From contig NZ_JACVAA010000009.1 of assembly GCF_014851565.1 (NCBI RefSeq), forward strand, positions 50,333 to 82,332: a stretch of DNA of 32,000 nucleotides. Direction: 5' to 3'. Under the pieces are notes generated by a model that was given only the letters and a program-made list of their open reading frames with translations, did no database searches and had not been told where the DNA came from. The stretch comes from Pseudomonas sp. PDM15. Its GTDB lineage: Bacteria; Pseudomonadota; Gammaproteobacteria; Pseudomonadales; Pseudomonadaceae. Below are positions 7,558 through 15,916 of the stretch, in pieces; the stretch's first letter is position 1, and every line of letters begins with the position of its first letter. The position numbers and the translations under genes are program-made.

Positions 7558-7794
7558 ATGAGCAAATTCGTTACCTACGTTATCCGGCTGCCGGAAGACC
7601 AAGAAGCCACGCGCGAGATCGTCAATGGCGTGCGAACGCTGGTAGAGAAAAACGGTGGCGAAGTCACCGGAGCATCCAATGAGGATGAAATGACCATTCT
7701 CGAAATGATCGAACAGCACGAGGACTTCCGCGAGTACATCGCAGATGAAGCTCGCGCGAAGGCCAAAGAACTTGGCGCGAAAGCGGCTCACTGA
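7558..7794 (+). CDS. hypothetical small acidic protein, 78 aa
   Basis: ATG 7558 is the first ORF after promoter 7498..7527. The protein is rich in Glu/Asp (EDQEATRE, NEDEMTILEMIEQHEDFREYIADE). Confidence 0.6.
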   Translation: MSKFVTYVIRLPEDQEATREIVNGVRTLVEKNGGEVTGASNEDEMTILEMIEQHEDFREYIADEARAKAKELGAKAAH

Positions 7795-7811
7795 ACAGGC
7801 AAGGGAAACCC

Positions 7812-8465
7812 ATGAGCGCTCAAGATAATGCGTTGGAAACCCTCTCGCAGTCCGAGGTGGAGAGTCAAGATACCCAAGGCGCCGCACAACCCGAGCCGCT
7901 CCTTGGCGATTGGCCTCAAGAAGCCATGCTGATGCGCTATACGCAGCTAGGCTCCGGGGAATACTTCAACATCTGCCACCTCGATCAGCTGCGTAGCGGC
8001 CTGAATGAATGCAGGCAGGCCCTGAATCTGCCGATGTCCCAGGGCAGTGAGCAGGTCAACTACGGCGTGCTCCGCGCGCTCCATTGCGTGAACTTTACAG
8101 AGATGAGCTCGCCAGTTCGGATGGGCATTCAAAGTGCTGTACAGGGCGCGCTCGGACTTGATCAAGAGACTGGCGTTGCGCTTTTTGGTCAAGACCGCTG
8201 GCTGGTGGCAAACCAGCTCCTGGAACAAAGTCTCGCTGCGCATAAGCCTTCACGAGAATTTCAACCAGGTGCCCTTGGCGAGAAAAACAACTTCCAAAGC
8301 TTGCTCCTTGCATTCCTTTTGGGGATCGCGCTGGCCACGGTCGGGTCTATTGTCATTGCGCACAAGAGCAAGCCTTCTTTCGAGGTGATCTATCCACCGG
8401 GCGTTGAGCCCGCTCCTCCCTCTGCTCCGCCCGTGATGATGGAAATTCCTAGGCCAAAGAGCTAG
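7812..8465 (+). CDS. hypothetical protein with C-terminal membrane anchor, 217 aa
   Basis: ATG 7812 with an AGGGAAA SD. There is a single hydrophobic helix, FQSLLLAFLLGIALATVGSIVIA, near the C-terminus, followed by a Pro-rich tail. Confidence 0.65.
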   Translation: MSAQDNALETLSQSEVESQDTQGAAQPEPLLGDWPQEAMLMRYTQLGSGEYFNICHLDQLRSGLNECRQALNLPMSQGSEQVNYGVLRALHCVNFTEMSSPVRMGIQSAVQGALGLDQETGVALFGQDRWLVANQLLEQSLAAHKPSREFQPGALGEKNNFQSLLLAFLLGIALATVGSIVIAHKSKPSFEVIYPPGVEPAPPSAPPVMMEIPRPKS

Positions 8466-8470
8466 ATGCG

Positions 8471-8740
8471 ATGAGCAAGAACCGCCGTGACCAGTTCGCC
8501 TACCTACTTCCCAGCGATGCCCCACCGAAGACGGCCAAGCTGCTGGCGAAGGTGTACATGGATATTCAACTGATCGGGATGCAGCCAACGATTAGCATGG
8601 CCGGCACCCAGCACTCAATGACACTGGGCTATGTCACCGCGCTGCACGACGCTGGGCTGATCGACATGGAGACATGGCGGGGGCTGCTGGACGATATCGT
8701 CGCGGCAAGCGAAGCGCGCAAGCGTGCCGACTGCGCATAA
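8471..8740 (+). CDS. hypothetical protein, 89 aa
   Basis: ORF 5 nt after the previous stop, on the same strand. The SD is weak. Confidence 0.5.
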   Translation: MSKNRRDQFAYLLPSDAPPKTAKLLAKVYMDIQLIGMQPTISMAGTQHSMTLGYVTALHDAGLIDMETWRGLLDDIVAASEARKRADCA

Positions 8741-8755
8741 TGAGGAAACCAGTAG

Positions 8756-9106
8756 ATGAAATCCATTTCGCAGGGCCAAGCCGACCGCCGCCTCATTGAG
8801 CAGCGCATCATCATCGCAGCTGCTGAAGGCTTGATTGCAGCGGGCTGCACAATTTCCGTTGTTGAAGGTGAGCGGGTTTTTCTCGCCGACAGCACAGATC
8901 CAGTTGCGATTGATACTGCCTTGCACGCATCGGAGGAACCCGGTTTTCTAGCGAAGCGCACTATCGACGGGGCGACGCAAGAGGGGTGGGTTGATTTTGT
9001 TGGCACGGCGGGTATCGAGGTTACTGCAGATGAGCATCTGAACGTTCAAGACGCATTGCTAACTGCCAACACTTTGGCCGTTCAGCTTGGCGTACAACGG
9101 GAATAA
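8756..9106 (+). CDS. hypothetical protein, 116 aa
   Basis: ATG 8756 with a GAGGAAA SD. Composition looks natural. Confidence 0.6.
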   Translation: MKSISQGQADRRLIEQRIIIAAAEGLIAAGCTISVVEGERVFLADSTDPVAIDTALHASEEPGFLAKRTIDGATQEGWVDFVGTAGIEVTADEHLNVQDALLTANTLAVQLGVQRE

Positions 9107-9113
9107 CCAGGAA

Positions 9114-9497
9114 ATGCCTATGGATCAGCAGATAAAAATTCAGCAGTTGAGCAACGCTCTGGAAGAGATTTGTGATGCTCTAAACATCAGCCCGTCCTAC
9201 CTTGAGCGAGTAGAGCCTCTTGAACCGCAAGGCGACCATATCCACCTCACGTTCATGTTTGAAGAGGAAGAATTGGCCGACCAGCTGATTCGCGCAGCAC
9301 GGCGCAAACTGGCGAGCTTCGGTCCGGAGTATTGGCTGCCCGACTACCACCCAGGTGCTGCTCAGTTCTCCCAGACTGAGCACATGCAGTTCAAGGTTCG
9401 AAAGAGCCTGATAGTGAGCCATCTGTACTGGGGGGTGTCCTTCATCCTCTGCGCGCCGAACGAAGGCTATTCGCTGCTTGAAGACACCCAGTCGTAA
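9114..9497 (+). CDS. hypothetical protein, about 125 aa
   Basis: Track ORF 9087..9497 begins at TTG. ATG 9114 or ATG 9120 (AGGAAA 7 nt upstream of 9120) is more plausible. Confidence 0.55.
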   Translation: MPMDQQIKIQQLSNALEEICDALNISPSYLERVEPLEPQGDHIHLTFMFEEEELADQLIRAARRKLASFGPEYWLPDYHPGAAQFSQTEHMQFKVRKSLIVSHLYWGVSFILCAPNEGYSLLEDTQS

Positions 9498-9511
9498 TGG
9501 AGGAAACCGCC

Positions 9512-9670
9512 ATGCACGATCAGTTGAAGAAGTTGCTGGATCAGATACCGCAGCAGCCACAGCGCCAAGATTCGACAAAGGCCCAGTTGGCCGACCTGCA
9601 CACATTCGCTAACCGCCTCGGCCTTTACGATGCCGCTGACGCGATCAAAGCCATCTCTGGCCGCCAGTGA
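9512..9670 (+). CDS. hypothetical small protein, 52 aa (below the ORF-track cutoff)
   Basis: ATG 9512 with a GGAGGA SD at 9499-9504. Translation MHDQLKKLLDQIPQQPQRQDSTKAQLADLHTFANRLGLYDAADAIKAISGRQ. Its TGA overlaps the GTG of the next gene (GTGA). Confidence 0.45.
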   Translation: MHDQLKKLLDQIPQQPQRQDSTKAQLADLHTFANRLGLYDAADAIKAISGRQ

Positions 9671-10410
9671 GCAGGCAACCCTCAATGGTTGCCGATACCG
9701 AACCGATGCCCTGCCCTCATGCACTTATCAGCCCAGCACTCGACCGATGGTCGGAGTGCCATTGGCATCTGCATCAGATGGAGGCGCACTACCACCAACC
9801 GGACGCCTTCCGTTACGCGCTCAACAGCTTCATTCGGGCTCTGAAAGAAGTTCCCCAGATACTCAAGATGACCATTCAGAACGAGAAGGGGCTGAAGGAG
9901 TTGATCCGACCGGAACTGACCGACCTGGAGAGCAGCGCTCTTTTCAAGCAGCTCAGCAAGACGCGGAACTACCTGGTGCACCAGGGCATGCTCGAACTGG
10001 AGAGCACAGGCAGCGCTGGCACGGTGGAGGGGAGGAAGCTCAAGATCTCCTTCCCGTTCAAGGTCGCCCCCTGGGAGAGCAGCGATGAGGCCTACGTCCG
10101 CTACAAGCAGGTCTGCCGCACCGACAAACTCATGCGAAGCCTCATCGGCCCTGACTGCGATTCATGCCCTGCCATTTGGCGTACCTGGGTAATCAGCGAC
10201 TTCCCTGGACGAGATCTACTTGAGGTGGCGTTCGAGGCCTGGCGCAAGCTCGGCGTGGTGCTTTCTGCAGCCGTCACCGCCCGCGGCGGCGAGGCGCTTG
10301 ACCTGAGCATGCCATGCCGACACGATCCTCAGCTGGTAATGGTCAAGGTCTTCAGTCAACGAGACTTCTTCTTGGAAGTCGACGGCCTTGATATCTCCCT
10401 CCAAGACTAG
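9667..10410 (+). CDS. hypothetical protein, 247 aa
   Basis: GTG 9667 is coupled to the upstream stop; ATG 9685 is an alternative start. It is a long ORF with natural composition. No motif recognised. Confidence 0.65.
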   Translation: MSRQPSMVADTEPMPCPHALISPALDRWSECHWHLHQMEAHYHQPDAFRYALNSFIRALKEVPQILKMTIQNEKGLKELIRPELTDLESSALFKQLSKTRNYLVHQGMLELESTGSAGTVEGRKLKISFPFKVAPWESSDEAYVRYKQVCRTDKLMRSLIGPDCDSCPAIWRTWVISDFPGRDLLEVAFEAWRKLGVVLSAAVTARGGEALDLSMPCRHDPQLVMVKVFSQRDFFLEVDGLDISLQD

Positions 10411-10420
10411 ACTCACCGCC

Positions 10421-10729
10421 ATGGCAGAAATCTTCCCTTTTCCAGAAACATCCCGAACACACAACGCCAAGGTCATGGCCAACCAGGCCGAGCGCAAGCG
10501 GCTCGCCGAGTGGTTCAGGGCGATCGCACAACACATCGAGGGGAACGAAATAGAGCGGCTTCCCCTCGCCGCCATGATCGTCCTCTCTGGTGTCGAGGGC
10601 GATGAGGTTCTGCACGTCGGCTATCAGCAGCAGGAAGTCAGCCTGGCCCAGGCCGGCACGGCCGCACAACGCCTGGCGGCAGCGCCATATCCTCGCCGGG
10701 GCGGTAACTTCTTCGACAGACGACGCTGA
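10421..10729 (+). CDS. hypothetical protein, 102 aa
   Basis: Track ORF 10388..10729. The start is placed at ATG 10421 (MAEIFPFPE), just after the upstream stop at 10410. It is the last gene of the rightward block. Confidence 0.5.
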   Translation: MAEIFPFPETSRTHNAKVMANQAERKRLAEWFRAIAQHIEGNEIERLPLAAMIVLSGVEGDEVLHVGYQQQEVSLAQAGTAAQRLAAAPYPRRGGNFFDRRR

Positions 10730-10755
10730 TCGGGCACCGCCCTAACGTCAGCAGG

Positions 10756-11148
10756 TCAACGCCCAGGAGCCGCCTCATCAACGGAGGCCGGTCCGAAGCC
10801 GATATGCTGACCGGCCACTCCCGAACTCACGAGCTCCTGAAACTGGTCAACTGCATAGCAGGTCTCGCCGCCAACCATAGCGTCGCAGGTAGTGATTCGA
10901 AGATCGCCAGATGGCACCCACACGAGCTGGATGAAGGGGCCATAGAGGAATGAACAAGGCTGACGCGCAGCCTCGAAGTGATCGTCGAGCACGGCCATGA
11001 ACAGTTCTTTGTCGCGAAAGAACTTGGCGCCAAGGTCCTGGGCCATGGAATCGACCAACGCATTGATCTGCTCGCGGGGCAAATCTCGTACATTGACGAC
11101 GCAGGGGAGCCTGAAAGGGATCGGCGAGGGCTGCTTGATTGACTTCAT
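10756..11148 (-). CDS. hypothetical protein, 130 aa
   Basis: ATG 11148 with AGGA about 9 nt upstream. It is convergent with the rightward block across a 26-bp gap and is the last gene of the leftward operon from 13600. Confidence 0.6.
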   Translation of the reverse strand: MKSIKQPSPIPFRLPCVVNVRDLPREQINALVDSMAQDLGAKFFRDKELFMAVLDDHFEAARQPCSFLYGPFIQLVWVPSGDLRITTCDAMVGGETCYAVDQFQELVSSGVAGQHIGFGPASVDEAAPGR

Positions 11149-11225
11149 GTAGCGGGGTCCTATTCGGGCTCGTCGGCTGGCTCAGACTTGAACCACTGCG
11201 ACCTACAGTAACGGATCGTGACCTG

Positions 11226-11462
11226 TTATTCAGCCAGGTACAGAACGCGGCCCAAGCAGGTGCCTGAAATCATCGAGCAGGAAACCTCACCGTAAGGCTC
11301 AGCCGATGTACCTCGAATGTCGCAGTCTTTCCGAGTGCACTCGACCAAGAACGGCCGGGCCTCATCGCCAGTCAGTCCTACCTGCGACATGGCAAGCCCG
11401 TGCAGCGGGCAGCATCCGCTCCTCAATCTGTTCGCCCGGTCGCGGGCTGACTGCTTCGCCAT
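11226..11462 (-). CDS. hypothetical small Cys-rich protein, 78 aa
   Basis: Track ORF 11226..11579. The start is placed at ATG 11462 (MAKQSARD), 17 nt after the methyltransferase stop. It has 7 Cys. Confidence 0.45.
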   Translation of the reverse strand: MAKQSARDRANRLRSGCCPLHGLAMSQVGLTGDEARPFLVECTRKDCDIRGTSAEPYGEVSCSMISGTCLGRVLYLAE

Positions 11463-11478
11463 CAGAAACTCCAATCGA

Positions 11479-12747
11479 TCACCCCTGAGGGTGAAGCTCA
11501 CCAGGGCCGCCCAGAGAGGGGTTGATCCAGAACCCCTTGAACGGCCGGAAGAGTTCGGCCCCCCCGCGGATGTACTCAAGCATCAACTCCAGGCACAGCC
11601 AGCGGCGCTCATTGAGCTCCGCCGCCAGGCCTGTCATACAACGGCCACCGAATAAATCAACCACCAGATCTCCCGGCTCGGTCAGGAATCGAATGAAGAA
11701 GTCGGGAACCGATAGTGGCCACCCGGCTCCGTGTGTCGGCAGGTCCAGCGCCTGCAGGACACGTCGGTGCGCCCTGCCGATCGAACAAGCGTGGCCAATT
11801 TCAAGGACATTTCGCGGGATTCTCCCAGAGGTGAGGTTCCCATAGCTGCCCGAACGAATCCTGTAGGCACCATCGCCATACTCCGCATCGCGCCGCTCCC
11901 CGCCGGCGGCCATCAGCTTTTTGTGTCGTTCCGTATGCGGCAACAGCACGCGGCGATTATCGGCTTTACACCTCAGCGGATCCGGCGCCATCCACAAACA
12001 GGGTTCCCAACACACGTTCAGCTGATTTCGCGCCTTGCTCGCCCAGGCAACCGGGCCAGGCGCCTTCGAGCGATTTGCCCAAATTACCCTGTCCATCAGG
12101 TACAGCCCAAGCCGATCTTCCAGAGCGATGGTAACCCGTTCGAGATAGGTCGATCGCGCCGGAGATTTCTCAAGGAAGACATCGTTCGATAGATTCAGGA
12201 CTAGCGAACCCGTTGCGGCGATCTTCGGCACGATCGGTTCCAGAACTGCGCAGATGAAATCGACGTACTCCTCGCAGCGCGGGTTGCCGTAGGCCCGAGG
12301 GTTGCGCAAGGGATAGGGCGCCGAGGTGAGCAGCAACTCGATGGGCTCATCCAGCTTTGCCAGCGAATGCGGGCTTGTTCCCCAGAGAGCCATCCCAAGA
12401 TCGGTGCTGAATGCCAGTAGCGTCATCCCTGGCCGTGCCTTGTGAAGACCACTGCGCATTTTCTCTGTGAGCCGCCAGACCCCTCGCTCACCCGGGACAC
12501 GTTCGATAACCTGAAGATGCTTGAGTTGCTGCTGCTGCCAGCGAATAGCCCTCTTCGCCTTGCTGCGCAGTTTCCCCGCGGTGCCAATCGGCATGCGGTA
12601 GTTCAGCGTTGCGTCGTTGATACCTGCACGCTTTGCGACGAGCTTGTACAAACTCTCGTTATCGAGAGCGACATCTGGCGCGGCCTTGTAGACCTCTGCC
12701 ACATGGTGAAAGAGATTGAGCTGGCCGGCTGCCACCTGGTTGTCCAT
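11479..12747 (-). CDS. beta-class N4/N6 DNA methyltransferase, 422 aa
   Basis: Catalytic motif IV LLLTSAPYPL (a DPPY/SPPY-type motif) precedes the AdoMet motif I DLVVDLFGGRCMTGLAAELNERRWLCLEL near the C-terminus, which is the beta-class order. The start lies 5 nt after the stop of the upstream TGT-like gene. Confidence 0.85.
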   Translation of the reverse strand: MDNQVAAGQLNLFHHVAEVYKAAPDVALDNESLYKLVAKRAGINDATLNYRMPIGTAGKLRSKAKRAIRWQQQQLKHLQVIERVPGERGVWRLTEKMRSGLHKARPGMTLLAFSTDLGMALWGTSPHSLAKLDEPIELLLTSAPYPLRNPRAYGNPRCEEYVDFICAVLEPIVPKIAATGSLVLNLSNDVFLEKSPARSTYLERVTIALEDRLGLYLMDRVIWANRSKAPGPVAWASKARNQLNVCWEPCLWMAPDPLRCKADNRRVLLPHTERHKKLMAAGGERRDAEYGDGAYRIRSGSYGNLTSGRIPRNVLEIGHACSIGRAHRRVLQALDLPTHGAGWPLSVPDFFIRFLTEPGDLVVDLFGGRCMTGLAAELNERRWLCLELMLEYIRGGAELFRPFKGFWINPSLGGPGELHPQG

Positions 12748-12751
12748 TCGT

Positions 12752-13600
12752 TCACTCCGGCCTCAAGGGCCACCGACAGTCGTATGGCGTGTCTTCAATT
12801 GACGCCCTTGATAGCGCATACAGGTCCGCCTGATCGATGCGATGCTTCAGCGCCCCATCAAGCCTAGGTAGTGTGTTGGCAAACCGGGTAACACTCGTGC
12901 CATCGAACGAGCTCGCGTTCGCCGCGGCGCACATCGCGATGCGCTTGGCACTGTTGACGCGCCCGACGTGGAAGTAGCAGTTCCGACGGCGCGCCAGGAT
13001 CCCCCAGGCTTCCATCGTCTGCAGCTTCCACTCGGTACTGCCGCCCAGGAAGACCCCCACGGACGGGTTGAGGTAGTCGCGAACATCATCAGGGTGCATC
13101 CCGTCCTGAACGGCGATCAGCAGCGTGCGCGGGAATCCCTCCAATCGCTCCAACCACCTCAAGCTGAAATCCAGGGATGCCTGACCGCCGGCGACGATAT
13201 CCGGCAGGACTACCCAGTCCGCGCCCTCGCCCAGCTTGTCTACGGCCCGGCAGAACGCAATCTCACAAAATGGCCGCCCTTGCTGGAAGGCAGACCAGGC
13301 ACCGTTATCAAGCGCATAGCGGCTGAAACCTTCGGTGCGCAGAACTCCCGCGGCCGACACAAGCAGCCGCCATCCAGCGGCACGCATGGCATCGAGATTT
13401 CTCCTCGTGCCGGTGCGACTGGCGTAGGCCGTCATTGCCGGGGCCTGATAGCCGAGCCGCTCCTCAATTGAGGGATCGCCATCTGCCGAACCGTCCAGGC
13501 AGTAGTAATCGGCATACGCCAGCACCGCTTGCGCGTAGCCCTGCCTGGCCCCGGAACGATAAGCCTCAAGCCAGTTCGGCAGTTTGAACTCACTCATCAC
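12752..13600 (-). CDS. TGT-fold (tRNA-guanine transglycosylase / DpdA-like) protein, 282 aa
   Basis: The ordered motifs resemble TGT-family barrel signatures. YALDNGAWSAF resembles TDSGGFQ, and LIAVQDGM resembles IVQGG. GVFLGGSTEWK resembles AVGGLAVGE, YFHVGRVNSAKRI resembles YLMGVGTPDDI, and ASSFDGTSVTR resembles DMFDCVLPTR. There is no CxCxxC...H zinc site. This assignment rests on my memory of the motifs and was not checked by search. Confidence 0.5.
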   Translation of the reverse strand: MMSEFKLPNWLEAYRSGARQGYAQAVLAYADYYCLDGSADGDPSIEERLGYQAPAMTAYASRTGTRRNLDAMRAAGWRLLVSAAGVLRTEGFSRYALDNGAWSAFQQGRPFCEIAFCRAVDKLGEGADWVVLPDIVAGGQASLDFSLRWLERLEGFPRTLLIAVQDGMHPDDVRDYLNPSVGVFLGGSTEWKLQTMEAWGILARRRNCYFHVGRVNSAKRIAMCAAANASSFDGTSVTRFANTLPRLDGALKHRIDQADLYALSRASIEDTPYDCRWPLRPE

Positions 13601-13615
13601 GCTCTCGCTGACTTA

Positions 13616-13644
13616 GATAAATAGGCACTCGTGCCTAGTCTTAA
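13616..13644 (-). promoter_or_regulatory. candidate promoter with 16-bp palindromic operator TAGGCACTCGTGCCTA (13622..13637)
   Basis: Read on the minus strand: TTAAGA (13644-13639), a 17-nt spacer (1 nt plus the palindrome), then TTTATC (13621-16). The hexamers match consensus less well than at the other two sites. It lies 22 bp upstream of ATG 13600 and 19 bp upstream of the divergent start at 13656. Confidence 0.5.
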
Positions 13645-13655
13645 CGAAAAGCGAG

Positions 13656-14297
13656 ATGGCGCGCAACTATAAGCAATGGTATTCTTTTGAGACTACCAAC
13701 CGAAACAGGAACCGGCTCATGACCCTGCGCATGACACCCACGCGTTTCAACCTGCTCTACATGGCCGCCGCCATCCTGACGGCTGTTCTGCTTGCCCGTC
13801 AGTTCGGAACGATTTTCGCGCTGGGCGGCATCCTGGCCTACGGCATCTTCGTGCTGCTGGAAATCTTGTACGTCAAGCTGCCTCGCGGTTTGCAGCCGTT
13901 TGCTCCATGGCTGGTTCTCGCCGGATCCTTCGCAGCGGTTGCACTGGGGATGATCATTGCCGGCTCCGCTTTTGCAGAGAATGCGCCCCTGGAGACCCCG
14001 CCGCCGCCGAAGGAGGCGACTGCTCAGATCGAGACTACTGATGAGGCCGCCGCCGGCGCAGAAGCGATCGCCCGCATCTACCTACTGTTTCAACAGGAAT
14101 TGGCAGAGCGCGCCAAGAACAAGGACTTCGATCAGCTGAAGTGGATGCAGTCCATGCAAGGCTGCCTCAGTGACGTGAGCGCACCGAGCATTACGCCGGA
14201 CACGATGTCTTCCATCGCGGAGTGCGCGGATAAGCGCCTGGCCATGGCACAGATCCAAGTCAATCAAGCACCGACCGAGGAAGTACCAAAGCAATGA
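13656..14297 (+). CDS. membrane protein (3 N-terminal hydrophobic helices, soluble C-terminal domain), 213 aa
   Basis: Hydrophobic helices LLYMAAAILTAVLLA, IFALGGILAYGIFVLLEIL and WLVLAGSFAAVALGMIIAGSAF. An alternative start is ATG 13719 (CAGGAA SD). The stop overlaps the next start (ATGA at 14294-14297). Confidence 0.65.
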   Translation: MARNYKQWYSFETTNRNRNRLMTLRMTPTRFNLLYMAAAILTAVLLARQFGTIFALGGILAYGIFVLLEILYVKLPRGLQPFAPWLVLAGSFAAVALGMIIAGSAFAENAPLETPPPPKEATAQIETTDEAAAGAEAIARIYLLFQQELAERAKNKDFDQLKWMQSMQGCLSDVSAPSITPDTMSSIAECADKRLAMAQIQVNQAPTEEVPKQ

Positions 14298-14986
14298 AGG
14301 TCAGAGCCGGCCTAGCCCTTGCCATTGCGTGGCCATTCATCGCACTCGCCGCTCCTGTGGATGAAGGGGCCGGCCTGCCAGGCCTGCACGTCATGCTCAT
14401 CAGCACGGAGAGCAATGCAGCGGAAACTGAGGCGGCCCTGGCGCTGCATAGCACGGCCGGCGAAGACAACGCATTTCTATTCCCCGTTGAGCAATCCAGC
14501 CCAGAAAGCCTCATCGCCGCCCTTGGCTCAACCCACCCGTCCATTTTTGCCGAGAGAACTCTGCCTCCATCGCGAGAAGCGAATACAGCTTTGGAGGCCT
14601 ACATTGCTGGAGAAGGGGTGCTGATCCGCACCAAGACCACCAGCATCCACGGCGATCGAGTCAAAGTGTGGGTGGGCGTTCAGGTTTCAAGCGCAGGCGC
14701 TGGACCGGAAAAGCCCATAAGCAGAACCAGCTTCCCCGCTGAAATCGCCAACGGCGAAGCCTTCCTTGCCCGCGTGAACGCCAAAATGCTCGTTGCGGTT
14801 ACGCCTGAGCCGTTCACTCCTGCCGAGACTCTGCCCGGAGAATTGCAAACGGCTCAACAACCCGCCGCACTGATCGGGCCAAGCTCCTCAGCGGCCAGCA
14901 GCGAGCCACGGATCATCTGGGATACCGCTCCTGGAGGAGCAGTGCCGGACGAAGAAGCACTTCAACGGATTCTTCAGCAGCCCTGA
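14294..14986 (+). CDS. secreted hypothetical protein, 230 aa
   Basis: The N-terminus MKVRAGLALAIAWPFIALAAPV reads as a Sec signal peptide. It is translationally coupled to the upstream gene. Confidence 0.65.
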   Translation: MKVRAGLALAIAWPFIALAAPVDEGAGLPGLHVMLISTESNAAETEAALALHSTAGEDNAFLFPVEQSSPESLIAALGSTHPSIFAERTLPPSREANTALEAYIAGEGVLIRTKTTSIHGDRVKVWVGVQVSSAGAGPEKPISRTSFPAEIANGEAFLARVNAKMLVAVTPEPFTPAETLPGELQTAQQPAALIGPSSSAASSEPRIIWDTAPGGAVPDEEALQRILQQP

Positions 14987-15916
14987 TCATGGGCCGTCAT
15001 ATCCAGCCCCCGCGGGGGACAGCAGCTCATCCCGCCCCCGCGCGAAATCCGGGTAGGCTTCCTTGAGCTTCACCAGATCGGCAACTGCATGGCGAAGCCA
15101 CGCGCCTGCGAATGCCGGCTTGTTGGTAAACATCGTCGCCATCCGGCTGTCTACGAACCGAACCATCTCCGAGCAGAATTTTTCAGCAGCGTCAGGCGCC
15201 TGCATGCGCTCAACAGCTGCATCTAGACCGGCGAGGAACTCATCATCGGTACGTCCGTAGGACGCTACCTTCTGCGCCACCCAGTCGTAGTTCGGCTGAA
15301 TACCCTTCTGTGCCAGGAAGTGCACATCCCATACGTCCCTTGCCTTCAGGTGGGAGCGAAGCCCAAGCGCGACGAGCTTGTCCGAGTAGATCTCTTCCTG
15401 GCTCTCGGCCAGGACAACGATCCCCTGCAGACCCTGCTGATGCTCGTAGGGGCTGCGCAACACCACCGGGACAGCATCGAGCGAGGGCACGTTGCATACC
15501 TCGAAGTTGATGCGCTGCATCTGCGACTCCCAAGGCACCTTGATCTTGAACGTCCAACGCTTGACCCCAACGCCATCACCGAGATCGGTATTGGGGCCTG
15601 CGACGGCATCGAACTCAATGCCGTACCGGGTCTGCATAGCCTTTTGCAGGACAGAAGCCAGGTGCCCAACATCAAGCGGCTCCGGGGAGCCAGAGCCGCA
15701 CACGAAATCGAGGTCCTCCGACAGCCGCGTGCCGTCATAACAGGCCCGCAACGCAGTACCTCCCTGGAAGACCAGTCGATCGCCAAGATCGCTGTTCGAT
15801 AAGGCATTCAGGATTTCGTAATGCAAGATCTCCTTGAGAACAACCGGCTGAGCCAGCTGGTTGTCAGTCAAGCTCATCGCTTTCGTAACATGGTCCTTCA
15901 GTGTGTATGGGCTCAA
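14987..15916 (-). CDS. abiEii: AbiEii/AbiGii-family nucleotidyltransferase toxin (DUF1814), 309 aa
   Basis: N-terminal signature LVFQGGTALRACYDGTRLSEDLDF, which is the FKGGTAL...R.SEDIDF type. There is a 4-nt overlap with the upstream AbiEi-like gene. Confidence 0.85.
   Translation of the reverse strand: MSPYTLKDHVTKAMSLTDNQLAQPVVLKEILHYEILNALSNSDLGDRLVFQGGTALRACYDGTRLSEDLDFVCGSGSPEPLDVGHLASVLQKAMQTRYGIEFDAVAGPNTDLGDGVGVKRWTFKIKVPWESQMQRINFEVCNVPSLDAVPVVLRSPYEHQQGLQGIVVLAESQEEIYSDKLVALGLRSHLKARDVWDVHFLAQKGIQPNYDWVAQKVASYGRTDDEFLAGLDAAVERMQAPDAAEKFCSEMVRFVDSRMATMFTNKPAFAGAWLRHAVADLVKLKEAYPDFARGRDELLSPAGAGYDGP

Noticed and set aside
11866-11881. Half-matches to the TAGGCAC operator (here and at 18124..18139)
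   Set aside because: Only the left half-site is present, about 10-11 of 16 positions. One lies inside the methyltransferase coding sequence and the other at a stop codon. Neither has flanking promoter hexamers.
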